Shown piece by piece: positions 43,672-58,769 of a stretch of 64,000 nt of DNA. Positions within the stretch are counted from its first letter, which is position 1. Each line of letters opens with the position of its first letter. The DNA is from the human T2T-CHM13v2.0 reference genome, Homo sapiens, in the NCBI RefSeq assembly GCF_009914755.1, contig NC_060929.1; one strand, given 5' to 3'. A program made the translations under genes and the position numbers. The notes under the pieces are model-generated. The model was not told the DNA's origin. It saw nothing but the letters and a program-made list of their open reading frames with translations, and did not search any database.

Positions 43672-44254
43672 GGTTGATATTCTCACTGTGGGAAAATCAA
43701 ATTTTGAATATAAACTGCAATAACTGGGAATGCATGTAATTATGACAAATTGCTATTATATTAATGCAAATGGTCACTGTTAATAGTGGTTTAGCTAAAT
43801 TTTGTATGCTTTAAGGAAAATATTTCAACAGCAACTTTTATAGTTTGGAAGTCCTGTGACAATGAGTAGATGGTAAACCCTATACACAATTAACTCCTCC
43901 AGGTTGCTAGGTGCTAAAAAGTTTCTGTCTATCAACCAGCCAGGTCCAGAGACAGTAGTACTATTGTGACTAGCATCATTTCATTTCTAAACCAACTAAA
44001 TGAAAGTAAAACCCTTAGGAAAACAGTAGTTATTACCAGTATTGGGTTAGTGGGAAGAGATTCATTTGTCCTCCCAGATTCTCCTATCTTACAACCAGCC
44101 GCTCCGCGACAGCTCCCTTGCAGAAGCTGATTCTACATACACACGATGGTAACAGTTGCTTGACCATATACTTCGGCCTTCTCCCCTCAGTCGTTTATCC
44201 AAACATGGGCAGATTAGGGGCTCAATATTCCAGAGGTTAAAAAAAAGAACTCCA

Positions 44255-44529
44255 GGCCGGGCGCTCACGCCTGTAATCCCAGCACTTTGGAAGGCCGAGG
44301 CAGGCAGATCACGAGGTCAGGAGATCGAGACCATCGTGGCTAACACGGTGAAACCTCGTCTCTACTAAAAATACAAAAAATTAGCCGGGCGTGGTGGCGG
44401 TGCCTGTAGTCCCAGCTATTTCGGAAGGCTGGGGCAGGAGAATGGTGTGAACCCAGGAGGCGGAGCTTGCAGTGAGCCGAGATCGCGCCACTGCACTCCA
44501 GCCTGGGCAACAGAGCGAGACTCCGTCTC

Positions 44530-44558
<29 letters not shown>
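44255..44558 (+). mobile_element. AluY, CpG-rich, with small 5' deletion
   Basis: gagatcgagaccatc, gcggagcttgcagtgagccgagatcgcgcc; TSD ...aactcca. Confidence 0.95.
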
Positions 44559-44561
<3 letters not shown>

Positions 44562-45575
44562 CAGTTGTCAGAAATGGAACTCAGAGAAAGTAGTCTGCAC
44601 CTCTGTTAGGATCACTGTGGCTGCTATTGCTTCTGTGGGTATGGAGACCTAGCCTTTCAGGGTGGCTCAGGGCCATCAGCTCTCTTTCCTTTTGCTGTCT
44701 GCCCTTGCGGTCATGATGTGGAGCGATTTGAGAAAGGTGCTTGGCATGAGTCCTCCTTAGCTTCTGCAGCAACCAAAACCCCAAGCCAGCTCGGAAACTC
44801 AGTCCCAGGATCTGCACTTTGAGCCACCAAGACACCCGAAGTGAATGTTACCATGCCTCAGTGTTTAACAGAGACCACCTTCCTCTTCCCAGAGCCTCTC
44901 CCCACTTAGCACTTACGCAGGTGGCACATTTTATGAAAGAAGACTACACTTGGAGGTTAGTGACCTGGTTGTTTCTAACTGGCCAAGTGGCCTCAAGTAA
45001 TTAACAATCTCCTTGGACTTAAGTTTTCTCATTTATAAAATGTGAGTGGAGTTTCAGAGTGTTTTTCAGCTCCAAGATGTTATGATGTAAAAATCCTGCC
45101 AAGATAAATTTCTTAAGTTTGTTTTCTTGCATTTCCACACTGCCCTTCTCTCTACTTGACCTGCACATGGAAAGTATCTGATGCCTCACCCTTCCACACC
45201 CTCACCAGACACTTGAGAAAATCTGGAATGTTTCTTTTATAAAAGAGCTTGAGCTGTATTTTCTAAACACTTGGTTCCTCTTTCCCAGTAAAATCCCTGC
45301 CACCTCTTCAAACCGTAGTGAGTAAGCAGTCCATCAGAAAGAGCTAATTCTTATCAGGTTCCTTGAATCTAGCAATGAATTGGGTTATTTTAGACATCTT
45401 TTTTCTCTGTGAATCAGCTAACACCAGCCTACCTATTCATGTCTGATACACCAAGGGATTCTAAGTAGGATGTTTCTCATGGGGAAAAAAAGTGTTTTGA
45501 GAATTCCTTTGCCCATTCTGGCCCAAGAGAATTTCAGTTGGCAACCCCCAGGCAGAGTTGCAAACCTACCTTTTT

Positions 45576-45755
45576 TTAAAAAAAAAACAAAAAACAAAAC
45601 AAAACAAAAAAACAGGGTCTCACTCTGTCACTCAGGTTGGAGTGCAGAGGCAATGATCATAGCTCACTGCAGCCTTGAATGCCTGGGCTCAAGCCATCCT
45701 CCTACCTCACCCTCCTGAGTAGCTGGGACTACAGGTGTGAGCCACAACGCCTGGC
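45576..45755 (-). mobile_element. FRAM-like free Alu monomer
   Basis: Single arm flanked by 18-bp TSD ttgcaaacctaccttttt at 45558-45575 and 45756-45773. Confidence 0.88.
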
Positions 45756-46716
45756 TTGCAAACCTACCTTTTTATTTATACAGATGTTGTTTATCACCAG
45801 GAAGTTGTGGAGAGTTGTTTGGGGGGTGGTGATTGAAAGCAGCTCTTTTGTTCCAATATTTAAAGGAAGTTAAAAACCAACTATTTAATGCAGCTTGCTT
45901 CATCTAGAATCCACCAAATGTTTTCATTCTGATAGCATATTTTGGAGCCTGGAGATACAGAGCACTGCAGTTCTGGAGACATGTTTGTTTAGTGAGAATG
46001 CTCCTCAGGCTGCTCTGCTCTGAGTCTGGCTCCCTTTTTGAAGTAAAGCAATCGCTTGCTACTGCATGACGCTCTATTCTGCTGTTTAGTGTTGGTCGTT
46101 GCTTGACTGATGCTGCACTGATCTTCATTCTGTTCCTGGCCCTGCAAGAAGACAAGTGCATCATTATTAAAATTAATTTATTTTACTAGGACAGCACCAG
46201 TGATCAAGGTACATAGAGCAGGACAGCCAGTTTCCACAGCACGTGAACAGCAATTAGCTTGATTCTCTGCTTAGACTTAATGACAACATGGCCCTTTGGG
46301 TTAGAAGGCAATGAGTGCCAGAATTCCCTGGCCTCAGAGAGTGATGTGAGGGCTGATGCTGAAGGGAGGAAAATCAGTATGGCAGCTCAGGTTTTTTAGA
46401 AGTGACTTGAAAACTCAATGTGAGGTCTTCCTCCTATCCAATCATATCCAGATCTTTCTTCCTTTTGGATTATTTCAGTGTTTTATTTGGCTCATTTATG
46501 ATGCATGAGGAAGTTTCTTTTCAACAAAAGGGTGAAAGCAGCACTTCTCTTTGTTTAAACACTTCAAATGTGAATTCATTTGCAATTTTGACCCAAGAAG
46601 CTAAGCTCTATTCCTGGCTCCACCACACAAGTCATTTGTCCTCTCTGGACCTAATTTATTCACCTGAAAAAAAAGGGGGGTCGGGGGGTTGAGAATAGAC
46701 CATTTTTTAGAGAACT

Positions 46717-46880
46717 TCCTACCTTATTTGCAGATCCAGTGCATAATAAAAAGATAGGGCCTAACATTAAAATGAAGAATTTCAAAGCAACAACAATGGA
46801 GCATTAAGCCAGATCCAGGTATGGGGCCCACTTGCGCACAGGGCCCTGCTCAGTGGCACAGGCCACACGCATGGGTCACA
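46717..46880 (-). mobile_element. MER91A-like hAT MITE
   Basis: aagaatttcaaagcaacaacaatggagcattaagcc...gcacagggccctg...gcacaggccacacgcatg. Confidence 0.7.
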
Positions 46881-48278
46881 CACTGGACTCAATCTCTTTC
46901 ATGCCTTCTCCAGCACCAAACTTCTCTGATATCACAGCCTTTGCTTTCATCTACATGTGCACACTCCTCACACAAAAATAAACAGAAACAAAAGCAAAAA
47001 CAAAAGGCTTCAGTTGCAATTTTTGCTTGATATCTACGTCATTTTTCCTTTTCACATCCCTTTGACCATAAGTTGTACCTCAGCCCTTTCTCACTTCCTT
47101 TTATTCTCCAAGATGGATTTTCTTCTTTCCTGCCTAAAACATCCAAATGACCTTTGCTTTGAGCTTTTTCTAAATCACCATATGTTAGATAATTGTGCCC
47201 AGAGGAATTACTTCCAGAGTGGCCTAAACACAAAAGAAAACACACAGCCAACTTATTCTCTAGAACAGTGCAAACATTTCCTTAAACCTAAGTGTCTCAA
47301 GAGGAAAACTGACAGAATAAACCTTTCACCCAGCAAGTCCACTCTGGGTAGTGCTTGTACTGAATCCTTCCTGCATTTTTACATCCCTGATTTATCTACT
47401 GTTTTGCCAATAAAAGCAGTCCCGTTCTTTGATTTAGGTTTCTTTATAGTGGAAAAGTGACCAGAGAAAATGACTCAGTTGAGTGTTTTATTAATGGGAA
47501 GAACTGAAATGCCAGCAACAAGCCAAGTTCTTTGCCCCTTCTCTGTCATGTTACACCATTATACAGAACCTATCTGGGAAGTAGGAGGTTGCAAGTTAAA
47601 TGCCAGCAAACCTATGGCTTTTAGATGACAAGTTCACAAAAAATGAACAGCCACAAAATATAAGGGGATGTCAGCCTTCAGAAGTCAAATCTGTCAGTAA
47701 AATGTAACAATTACAAAGCAGCTACCAAAAAAGAAGGATTCTTTTAACATGTCTTATAAGAAAATAACTTTGATTTCTTGCATGAGTTTTTCTTCTATGT
47801 CCAAGTTATGGAAGTCTCATTCAAGTAGGTAAACTTCCCATACAAAATTTCATCATTTCAAATCAATGGAAAAATCAGATTTATCCTTGAAATTAACTTC
47901 CAGAATTTTAAGAGGAAAAAGTGACTTCAAATCTGTTCATGACTGACAACCCAACCTCAAAATGATTTATTTTCTGTTATGAACATTTGGGGTGTCCTGT
48001 TTATTATCAAAAACAAATGCATTTACTTCTTTAATCTTACAAAAATTCAAAAGCCCATTTGTCTCAGATATTCAAAATCATATAGGGTCGGTTTTAAGGT
48101 ACAGTTTAAGGAAAAGATGTTACGAATACTGATAAACCATTGTCTGGTTTACGACAATTGCAAATATTTGAATACCTACCCTTCAAAATATGAGTGAACA
48201 AGCCTATAAAACAATAAATGTCCATCTTGAGAGCTCATCTACTGCTCTGCCTAGTGGCAGGATTATACTGAAACTCCC

Positions 48279-48710
48279 TATGTTTGTTTCCTAGGGCTGC
48301 TGTGACAAAGCACCACAAAGTGTGTGGGTTCAAATAATAGGAATATGTTCTCTCATGGTTCTGATAGGTGGAGGGCTGAAATCAAGTGTCAGCAAGGCCA
48401 TACCCTATCTGGAGGCTCTAAGGGAGGATCCTCCCATGCCTTGGTGGTTTGCCGGCAATCCCTGGCATACCATGGCCTATAGACACATCACACTCCAATC
48501 TTTGCCTCCATTGCCACATGGCATTCTCCCTGTGTCTCCTATCCTCTTCTTATGTGGACACCAGTCACCTTGGATTAAGGGCCTATCCTACTCCCATATG
48601 ATCTCATCTTAACTAATTATGTCTGCAATGACTCTATTTTCAAATAAGGTAACATTCTGAATTTCTGGAAAGGGCATGAATTTTGGAGGGATACTATTCA
48701 ACTTAGTACA
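48279..48710 (-). mobile_element. MLT1B/C-like MaLR LTR
   Basis: tttcctagggctgctgtgacaaagcaccacaaa...ctcatcttaactaattatgtctgcaatgactctattttcaaataaggt. Confidence 0.85.
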
Positions 48711-48922
48711 ACCTCCAAAACAAATGATAAACTTTCCTGTGTTTAAGTGAAATAAAACAAAAATAACTTTATAAAGTGTTCTGGAGAAGAAAAGCTCAAT
48801 GAATTCCCCAAGAATTCACTCTTTTCAGCCATCCGTCCCAGCGGTTCTCAAAGTATGATTTAAGGGCAACTCGCCTCAATTCAACTTGGGGGATTAGGGG
48901 CTTATTAAAAATACAGATTCAG

Positions 48923-49372
<450 letters not shown>

Positions 49373-49379
49373 CGTACAG

Positions 49380-50574
<1,195 letters not shown>

Positions 50575-51070
50575 TTAAAATATAGATTCATAGGCTCCAT
50601 CCCAGATCCACCAAGTCAGAACTGCTAAGTTTAGAGGCCAGGAACCTGCATCTTAAAGAAGCTCCTGGGGGTTTTATGCACATTAAAATTTGAGAACCAC
50701 TCTCTATAGTGGCAGAAAAGTCGGCCTTACATTCCCCATAGTGCTTTGAAATTCATTCCTTACTTTTCCTCTATTTTCAGGTGAAATTGAGAATAGCTGG
50801 TCAACAAATTTTCTTATATTTAAAAAACATTATAAAGGTACTCTTCATTCCTTTTTCCCCTCCAGACTAAATAATATAAATACAAATAATATTAATTCCT
50901 TAGTCTTGATAGGATGTATTTTCTAATCATTAAATCATTCACGAACTCTGGTCAAATTCTTTCCTCTCCAGAATCATAGACAATACCCTTTGACCATGGA
51001 AAGAGATCCCACTGTTTAATATTTCAGATTAGAAAAATCAGAAGCCTAGAGAAGTCACACTAAAGCCATC

Positions 51071-51557
51071 TGTATTAGTCAGGGCTTTTCACAGAAATTG
51101 AACCATTAGATACATAGATACATATATATTATATATCTATATAATATATAATATAAATATATACAATTATGGAGGCTCAGAAGTCCCTTCATCTGCAGGT
51201 TCGAGACCCACAAACGCTGGTGGTGTAAATTCCAGTCTGAGTCCAAAGGCCCAATTTATCCAGGGGCACCAATGGCATAAATCCTACTCCAACAGCAGGA
51301 GAAGACTGATGCCCAGCTCGCAGGCAGGCAGGAAGAAAAAGGGACGAATTCCTCCTTCTTCAGCCTTCTATTCTATTCAGGCCCTCAATGGATTGGATGA
51401 TGCCCTCCTCCACTGGAAAGGGTAATCTGCTTGACTGAGTCCACCGATTCAAATGCTAATCTCATTTGGAAACATCCTCACAGACACACCCAGAAAGACT
51501 GTTTACTCTGGGCACCCCTAGGCCTAGTCAAGTTGACACATAGAATTCACCATAACA
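51071..51557 (-). mobile_element. MLT2B-like ERV-L solo LTR
   Basis: tgtattagtcaggg...caagttgacacatagaattcaccataaca; TSD c(c/t)atc. Confidence 0.88.
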
Positions 51558-52399
51558 CTATCCTAATCAGGGTTATTTCCAGCCATGAAAAAATGTATAC
51601 TTATGAATTGTTAACTTAATGGTATCTGCCTCTATCTAATTCCTCCTTCCTTCCTGTTAGCCTTTTGTGTTGACTTTGATCGATGAAGGAACAAACCTAG
51701 CACTTACAGGCTGTGTCTGAGCCCTGTCGTGCCACAGGAGGATGTGAGTGATGAGACTGGGAAAAGGTACTCATGAGGTAAGTCCTAAGCAACTTTTCAC
51801 CTGACCTTGTGAGCTTTTGAGCTTTTGCAAGTCTTGAGAACCAATCATACCTTTTTGAGCAACACAAAAATGACACTTGGTGAGGGCCATAGACAGCATT
51901 CTGATACTGCTAGAGCCAGAAGGCTTAAAATCCTAGCACTGATACCTGCTATTTCTCAGCCTTTAGTTTTGCTCTCCCTTGAAAGAACTCTGCTGATCAT
52001 TCACATATGCATTCATCAAACATGAGTCAACATTCCCTGAATATTCACAGTCTAGCAGAGTTACAACAGGTACTATGAATAACGAATCTCTGAATAAGAG
52101 AGAACTTTGATGAGTTAGAGGAAAGGAAGAAAATAGAAGGGTTATTCAGTTTCAAACCACACTGATTGAATGATTCAGAGCCCCTTTGTGTGCATCCACA
52201 AGAAACAGACAGAGCAATAGGGAGAGCCAGGTCACCCAAACTCCTGCCATTCATACTCTTCTAGCAGTAGAAAAAGTACCACTACTTGGCTAGTACCCAG
52301 CCACATATTTCCCATTCTAGAGACAACTATGGGACTTTACTGAGAGTGTCTTTTTTTTTAGTCAGACTAGGAAAGTTAACAGTTTTAATGGCTTTTTTA

Positions 52400-53250
52400 A
52401 GTCATAAAGTATTTATGAAGTACCCATTATGAGCAGAACTTTTTAAAATTAAGAATTGCTAAAGAAATTAGAAGATACAGTCAGCCCGTGAGGATTTTAC
52501 AATTTATTTAGGACAGAAGATACTCATATTATTAGAGAATGCTATAGGAATTCAAATTAAGAATTCAGTTTCCTGGAAAGGATGATTGATCAGAGGAACT
52601 ATCATGAGGAAGAGTCTAGAACTGAGTCTTGAAGAAAATGGAGAGTGGCATTGACAGAGAAGAGGAAGAAAGACTTACTAGGGAGGGCGAACTACACCCA
52701 ACAAAGGCACAGCAAGGAGAAAGTTCACCAAGGTAAGAGGAAGACCAAGAAATCTGGGCAAACTGAATAAAGGGATCATTTAATGGGAGCTGTAAATAAA
52801 AGGTGAACTCAAGGGGTGGAATTCTTTGAATTCAGGCTAATTATTAGGTTGGCCATATGAAACTGCCACTTTTGTAGGTCAATTATTGGGAATTTCATAT
52901 GGTTCAGTTAGAAATATGAAGTTCATGAAATGACAAAGTGAAGAAGCTATTTTGGGAAGATTTATCTGGTAATGGGTAGGCTGGAAGTCAGCTACACTAG
53001 AGACCTGGAGACAACTAGGAATTACTCTAATAAATTGAGCATAAGATGGTCATAACATGGATGAGGGTAGGCTGTGGATATGAGAGGAAGAGTCAAATCT
53101 CACAGGCATTACAAAGGAAAAATTTCACCTAGACTTGATGACTAATTGAACATGGGCAAAAAGGGAAAGAGAAGAGTCAGAGATGAATACGAGATTTGCA
53201 GTATAGGGGACTAGAAGGATAGTGTTGCCATGGACAATAGAGGTGTACCT
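52400..53250 (-). mobile_element. L2 LINE fragment
   Basis: gaactgagtcttgaaga, ggagacaactagga, gacttgatgactaattgaacatggg...gagtcagagatga. Confidence 0.7.
52842..52915. mobile_element. MADE2-like mariner MITE inside L2
   Basis: Imperfect palindrome ccatatgaaactgccacttttgtaggtcaa...aatttcatatgg. Confidence 0.7.
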
Positions 53251-53384
53251 TGGTTTATGCAATAAATGCTTTCCTGAAAATGTGTGTAGCACAAAATTTT
53301 ATAAATCAGGTCATGATTTAAATACACTAAGAACACTTGCTGCATTTGTTAGCATATTGATTTGCTGCTTTAATAAACAGAAAG

Positions 53385-53533
53385 ATAAACCAGAATGGCC
53401 AGTAACACCACACCTTGGGGTTATCTTTACTAAATATGGGCCCTACTGAACAGAAATTAGAGCTTATCACAGGACAACAAATTTTGTTTGAAAATAACCT
53501 TTTTACTACTTTTTTATCTGACTCTAAAAGTAA
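53385..53533 (+). repeat. Copy 1 of 149-bp dispersed direct repeat
   Basis: Ungapped match to 55758-55906, about 20 mismatches by hand count. Confidence 0.9.
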
Positions 53534-53975
53534 CATAGTGGCTTAAATAAAATAGATTTGTCTCTTATGTGAAGGTCTGAGCTGGTAGAAAACACACAAA
53601 GCAGGACAGGGCTTTGTGGGGGCCCAAGTTCTTTTCACCTCTTTGCTCTATCATCCTTTATGATGTTGCCCTCATTTACATGACCAAAACTGGCTCACCA
53701 TCATCTGTCCTTGTGCCAGGTTGTAGAAAAAAGAAAGAGGATATCAACGACAGCAGCTTCTGTATTAGGACATGCCAGAAGTTGTACACATCACTTCTAC
53801 TCACATCCTACTGGCCAGATCTTGGTCACATGGACATATCTAGCTGCAAGTGATCCTGAAAAATATAGTCTCTAAGGGTAGCCATGTGCCCAGCTAAAAA
53901 TTAGGGGGGTTTTCCATTAAAAAGAAGACTGGAACAGCAGATATTGTGAGACAATTAACAATTTCTGTCATAGTT
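53534..53975 (-). mobile_element. MLT1J-like MaLR LTR, truncated at the left
   Basis: agtggcttaaataaaatag...cacatcacttctactcacatcc...ggtcacatggacatatctagctgcaag...gccatgtgcccagctaaaa. Confidence 0.78.
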
Positions 53976-55757
53976 GAGAAAGTCTTGTAAATTGCTTTGA
54001 AAATAATAGTTAAGAGAAAATCTAGATTTTCAATTATCAGGTGGGCTAGGACTGCCATACATCTGTATAGGGAATGGGAAGAAGAAAATATCACTTCCTT
54101 TTCCCAAAACTGTGCTCTAGTCTTTGAGATTTTGAGCTAATCAATGAGTCAAGAAAGCACTGAAGAATTGTTTGAACAAACTGGTTGTCAAATTTTAGAA
54201 CTGGGAGGAATCTTATAAGAGTATCTTATTAAACACAGCATGAACCAATAGATTTTCTGGAAGGAGATTTCTCCATGTAAAATAAATGACTGCCCAAGTG
54301 AATCTTCTTTCCACCTCTTTCACCAAACCTAAGACCTTTCCAAAGTTGCATCTTCTCCTGGAAGTATCACACTTTGATTCCAACTGCCACTTCCATGGCT
54401 GTCTCCCTGGAACACCCAGTTTCTCCTTTAAAATTTAGCCTGGACACAAGTAAACCCCCTTTCTTTAATGCCCTTTCATGCAGCTAAGACAGGTATTCAA
54501 AAATGACTTAACTAGATATGATGAGAGAACCAAAAGAAAAATTAAAAAAAATAGATGCTACATAACAATCACCAGGTTTTTGAGGTATAGAGAGAATTTT
54601 GAGCCAACATTGACAGCAGTGGAGGGACTAGTGCAATGTCAGAGACACCTTTCTTCCCAGCTCCCTGCCAATCTTTGCCAGGTGGCCTCTGGCCATTGCT
54701 TGTTTTTCTAACCTCTGGGAGCCGGGCCCAGACAGTTCTGCCCCTGAATGAATAGAAGACCTTTGGGTACCAAATTGGGGCTTCTAAACACTAACCAAAG
54801 ACACTAGTCTCCTAAGGGACTTAGGATCTCACAATTAGCAGAGAGTAGGGTCTGTTCGTTCTTGTTGCCCCTATGCCTAGTCTAGTAACTGGCACATGTT
54901 CAGGGTCCAATATAATGTCTCTCATGTAAAAATTCAAAACCCATCCTCATGCAAATGATCAGAGCAAGCCAAATCTTCCCACTTAATTCCAGTTTGGGAT
55001 CTGAAGGCCATGCTTTCCTTGAATAGTTGGAATCGGGGTGTTGGGCATTCGGAATAGTCAATGCTTCAAGACTTATGTGATCTGCTGCAGCCATCTTCAT
55101 GCACTCCGAAACAGGAGATGACTCACAGACCTGACCTGAGATCGGCACACCCACCTCTTCATTTGAAATGAAGAAGCTGAGGTCCAGAGAAAGATCAGTG
55201 ACTTACCCAGGTTCTCACAGTAATTCAGTGGCAGACATGCACCTGGAAGCCAAATCAGGCAATGCCAAGTCTGTGTGTGTTTCACCTCACCACTTCCCAT
55301 TGCTTAGCTCCTTGATTTGTTTTCCCCACAACCCGGATCTCAGAGAAGCTGCAGAAGGTTCCGCTCACCTGGGGCCCACAGGTGGTTCCTTACAGTCCCT
55401 CAGCACTGGGTGGGCCTTCTGTTAGTTCCCAGAAGCTACATCATTCCTTCATGTTTACCCCAGAACTCTTGAAGTTCAACAGATGTAAAAAACACATACT
55501 GCCCAAACCTGGGCTCACATGTGCAAGTCTCTGGGAACTTGAAGAAGATACAGTTGTTTGCTACAGGGCTCTTGAGTGGGTCATAAATACAGAAAGCAGC
55601 TGTCAAAAGTAATGCTGCCTTATTCTTTTAAAAAAAAAAGCACAAAAGACAAACTTTTATCTGTTTTATTTGCTTTTTCCTTCTATTTGCCCAACTCTAC
55701 CTTCCTGAAGAAATTGTAGGCAAACCCTCTGAATGCCTAATCCCTAGTTTTGAACAC

Positions 55758-55906
55758 ATAAACCAGAGAGGCCAGTAACTCCATGCCTTGAGGTTACCTT
55801 TACTGAGTATGGGCCCTACCAAACAGAAATTAGAGCTTACCACAAGAGGACAAATGTTGTTTAAAAATAACCTTTTAAATACTTTTTAATCTGACTCTAA
55901 AAGTAA
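55758..55906 (+). repeat. Copy 2 of 149-bp dispersed direct repeat
   Basis: Ungapped match to 53385-53533. Confidence 0.9.
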
Positions 55907-58769
55907 TACACACTCTTGGACCAAAATTGGGGGAAAGCAGAGAAATATTTTTTAAAGTTTTAAAAAGTATAATCCCACCAACACTGTTAATGCTTTGGTA
56001 TATATCTTTTCAGTCTTTTTTCTTTTTCAACACACATGGAACTATCAAACGGTTGCAGGCAGAGTTATAGACCAAAAAAAAAAAAAATCAGTCTTCGGTC
56101 AGAAGAACAGGCAACAGAAAAAAAAAAAGTCTCACATGTCCTAAGAACTGTTGACACATATAGAGAATATAGAGACAGGAAACAAGAAAGCTTCATCTTT
56201 AAACCTGGAAAAAGAGAACTGCAGGTGGTATTCACGTTATCATTGTAACTGACTCTTTCCAATGGAAAAAAAAAGGATATTAATCCATTTGTTGTTTAGA
56301 ATTTGTTGGTCAGGATTAGAGTAAGCGTTTCGTGTGGCTGTGACTATGGTCAGTCAGTTTCTGTTCTTGTGCTGAAGTGGAATGAATCAATGCGCTTGTC
56401 CAAAGGGGCTATGGCAGAGGTGATGGCAGCAGTGTTTGCAGCCGCAGCAACAGCCTGAATGCAGGAAGTCACATTCAAAGGGGATGCTCCAGGCTGGCAG
56501 AAGTGTGTTAACCTTTCATCCATGTCATTGGGTTTAATATGTTAACTTTGTAGCTTTGTAGTAAAAGCTGCTTCTTTGAGCTCAGGGTTCATAAAAAGTG
56601 TGACTGGTCCTCAGTGTTCCCAGTTAAGGATAGTAAGGAAAACAGAACCCTGAAAGCTCACATTGATTGAAGCAAAGACAGAGCTGGGGGGGTCAGCCCA
56701 GTGCCCCAGCTCCTCCCCAGCCTGACAGAACTGAACAGCTATTCATAGCCGCTGGAGCACTTCCAAGCTGCGAGTGTAAATTTACTTGTATCATCTTTGC
56801 AGAGAGGAACTGTATAGTCCCCAGTGCCTCCTGGTTGATTCGGATCGACTGTTTATTTGTTTAGTCCTGTAATGATATTATCCACAGGGCCAGAGCCACA
56901 CAGGGAGGACGAGGAATTCCTGGAGGAGGGAGGCTGTGTGTGTTTATTGCCCTGTCAGCCCTTCACGACAAAAGACAAAAGTTGCTGTAACTTGTGTGTT
57001 CCCACACACATGATCCATATGGACAATATCGAGTATAGGTGCTGATGAAGGGGGAAGAAAGGATGACCAGAAATCAAGATGCCGGCTGCCTTGTGGGAAA
57101 CATGGAGAAATGCTCTAACAGTGAGCCTCTGACTAAACACCACAATTCCAGAGCTGGGAGGAATTCTGAGACGTTCTTCACACCAGAGGGAAAAAGAACC
57201 ACCAGCTCTTGACTGACTAAGGCCTTGTGTTGCCTTGGACCTTGGGCCTAATTTTTTTCTTTTCAAGCTTAAAGGTTTCTGTTGCCTTTGCAGGAGAATC
57301 TAGGTTTTACTCCTACAGCAATATGTATTGCGGGGGACCATGCTTTCCTTTTTTCTCAGCACATTTATTATAGCTTAGTTTCCACACAGTTCTTCGCTAT
57401 GCGTGCATTATCAGGGCCAATTCTAGTTCATCTCCTCAGTGTCAGACTGAAACCACCTAAAATATGCTGCCAATTGGTTCCTGATTGTATTTCTGGAAGC
57501 TTGCAACTCTGAAAGCTTTTTCTACCTCAGGGACATGCCATCCATCCAAGAAATACAGCACTTGAAAGAAAGGGCACAATGAATCAACACAGTGAGCCTG
57601 TCACTCAGCAGGCTGGCAAACGATGATCTGCTAAGGGGCAGTTGTGCCCAACCTTCTTGCTGACTGTAGGTCCCCTGGGACCCGCCACATGGAGGCTGCC
57701 ATCACACAGTTTGATCAGTGCCAGGTCAGCCCTGTGAGTCTCACACAGTTCACTGATACCAAGACAGCAAAGGGCACTGCACTGCAGTGAGGGCTGCCTG
57801 GAAAGTAAATGCAAGTGAGATGGATGGCTGCCACCGGCCTTGAGAAACAACCCTCAAAACACCAAGCCAGCCAGGCAGTGATGTGACACTGCTAGAAGCC
57901 AGTGAGGCACGATGACGCAGCCGGCAACATCAAACAGCCTGGGCTCATTTTGAGTAGGAGACAAGTCAAAGCATGGATGCATCATGGAGTTGCAGCCATC
58001 TCAGAAATAGTCATTTAGGGTTCCCAAACAATGGAATATTTCATGACCAACGCCAGGGAAAGGAATAGGAAAAGCCACATTCGTTTTCCTGGGCAGTATT
58101 CACCATAGAAGCCCCACCCAACTGACACAGACCCCCGCATGCAGTATGTAGGGAAAAGCTGAACTGCCTCTACAGAATTATAATATGAATAATAATTTAG
58201 GAAACGGGGATATGAAATAATAAGAGCAGAATGCTTAACGAAGGAACTAGAAATTCATTAGCAATCCTGAATTGCTGGAAGAGGCAGCGGTTGAAAGGCA
58301 GATGCTGTTGCGATTAGCACTTGGCCTCGGGCTGGTACCCACCAGCCTCTGAGCTTACCTTTTCTGATCCTCTAAGTAAGAAAACCTAGAAGAGTCCCCT
58401 CATTTTGTTTACCGGGTGTGAATGGGAGGCAGAGATTGAGGGTCGGGGAGAGGGAATAAACTTGCCCTAGAACAAAGCAAACAACTACATTAAACAGAGG
58501 GGCTGTTACAAAAGCAAAATGTGGGCAGTGCATACATTTTTAATGACCAGGACTCGGGTGCCCTGTGCAAACATAAACAGCTCCCTGCCAGCGGAGGGCT
58601 AGAAACCTTCCAGTCCTGAGTTTCAGCTCCCTGCCACCCCCTCCTAAGGGTGCCTGGCTGGCCCTGACAAAAATCATTTACAAATAAAGAGCTCTCAGAA
58701 ATGTGCCCTACCTTCGGCCAAAGAAGAGAACCTCTTTTCCAATAAATATTTGGCCGGGTAGTGGGGAGG

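Noticed and set aside
46957-47460. 167-aa plus-strand ORF
   Set aside because: Non-ATG start, runs through an A-rich simple repeat, no homology recognised
58586-58602. CTCF-like ccagcggagggctag
   Set aside because: Mismatch at a core position; cannot be called without PWM scoring or ChIP data
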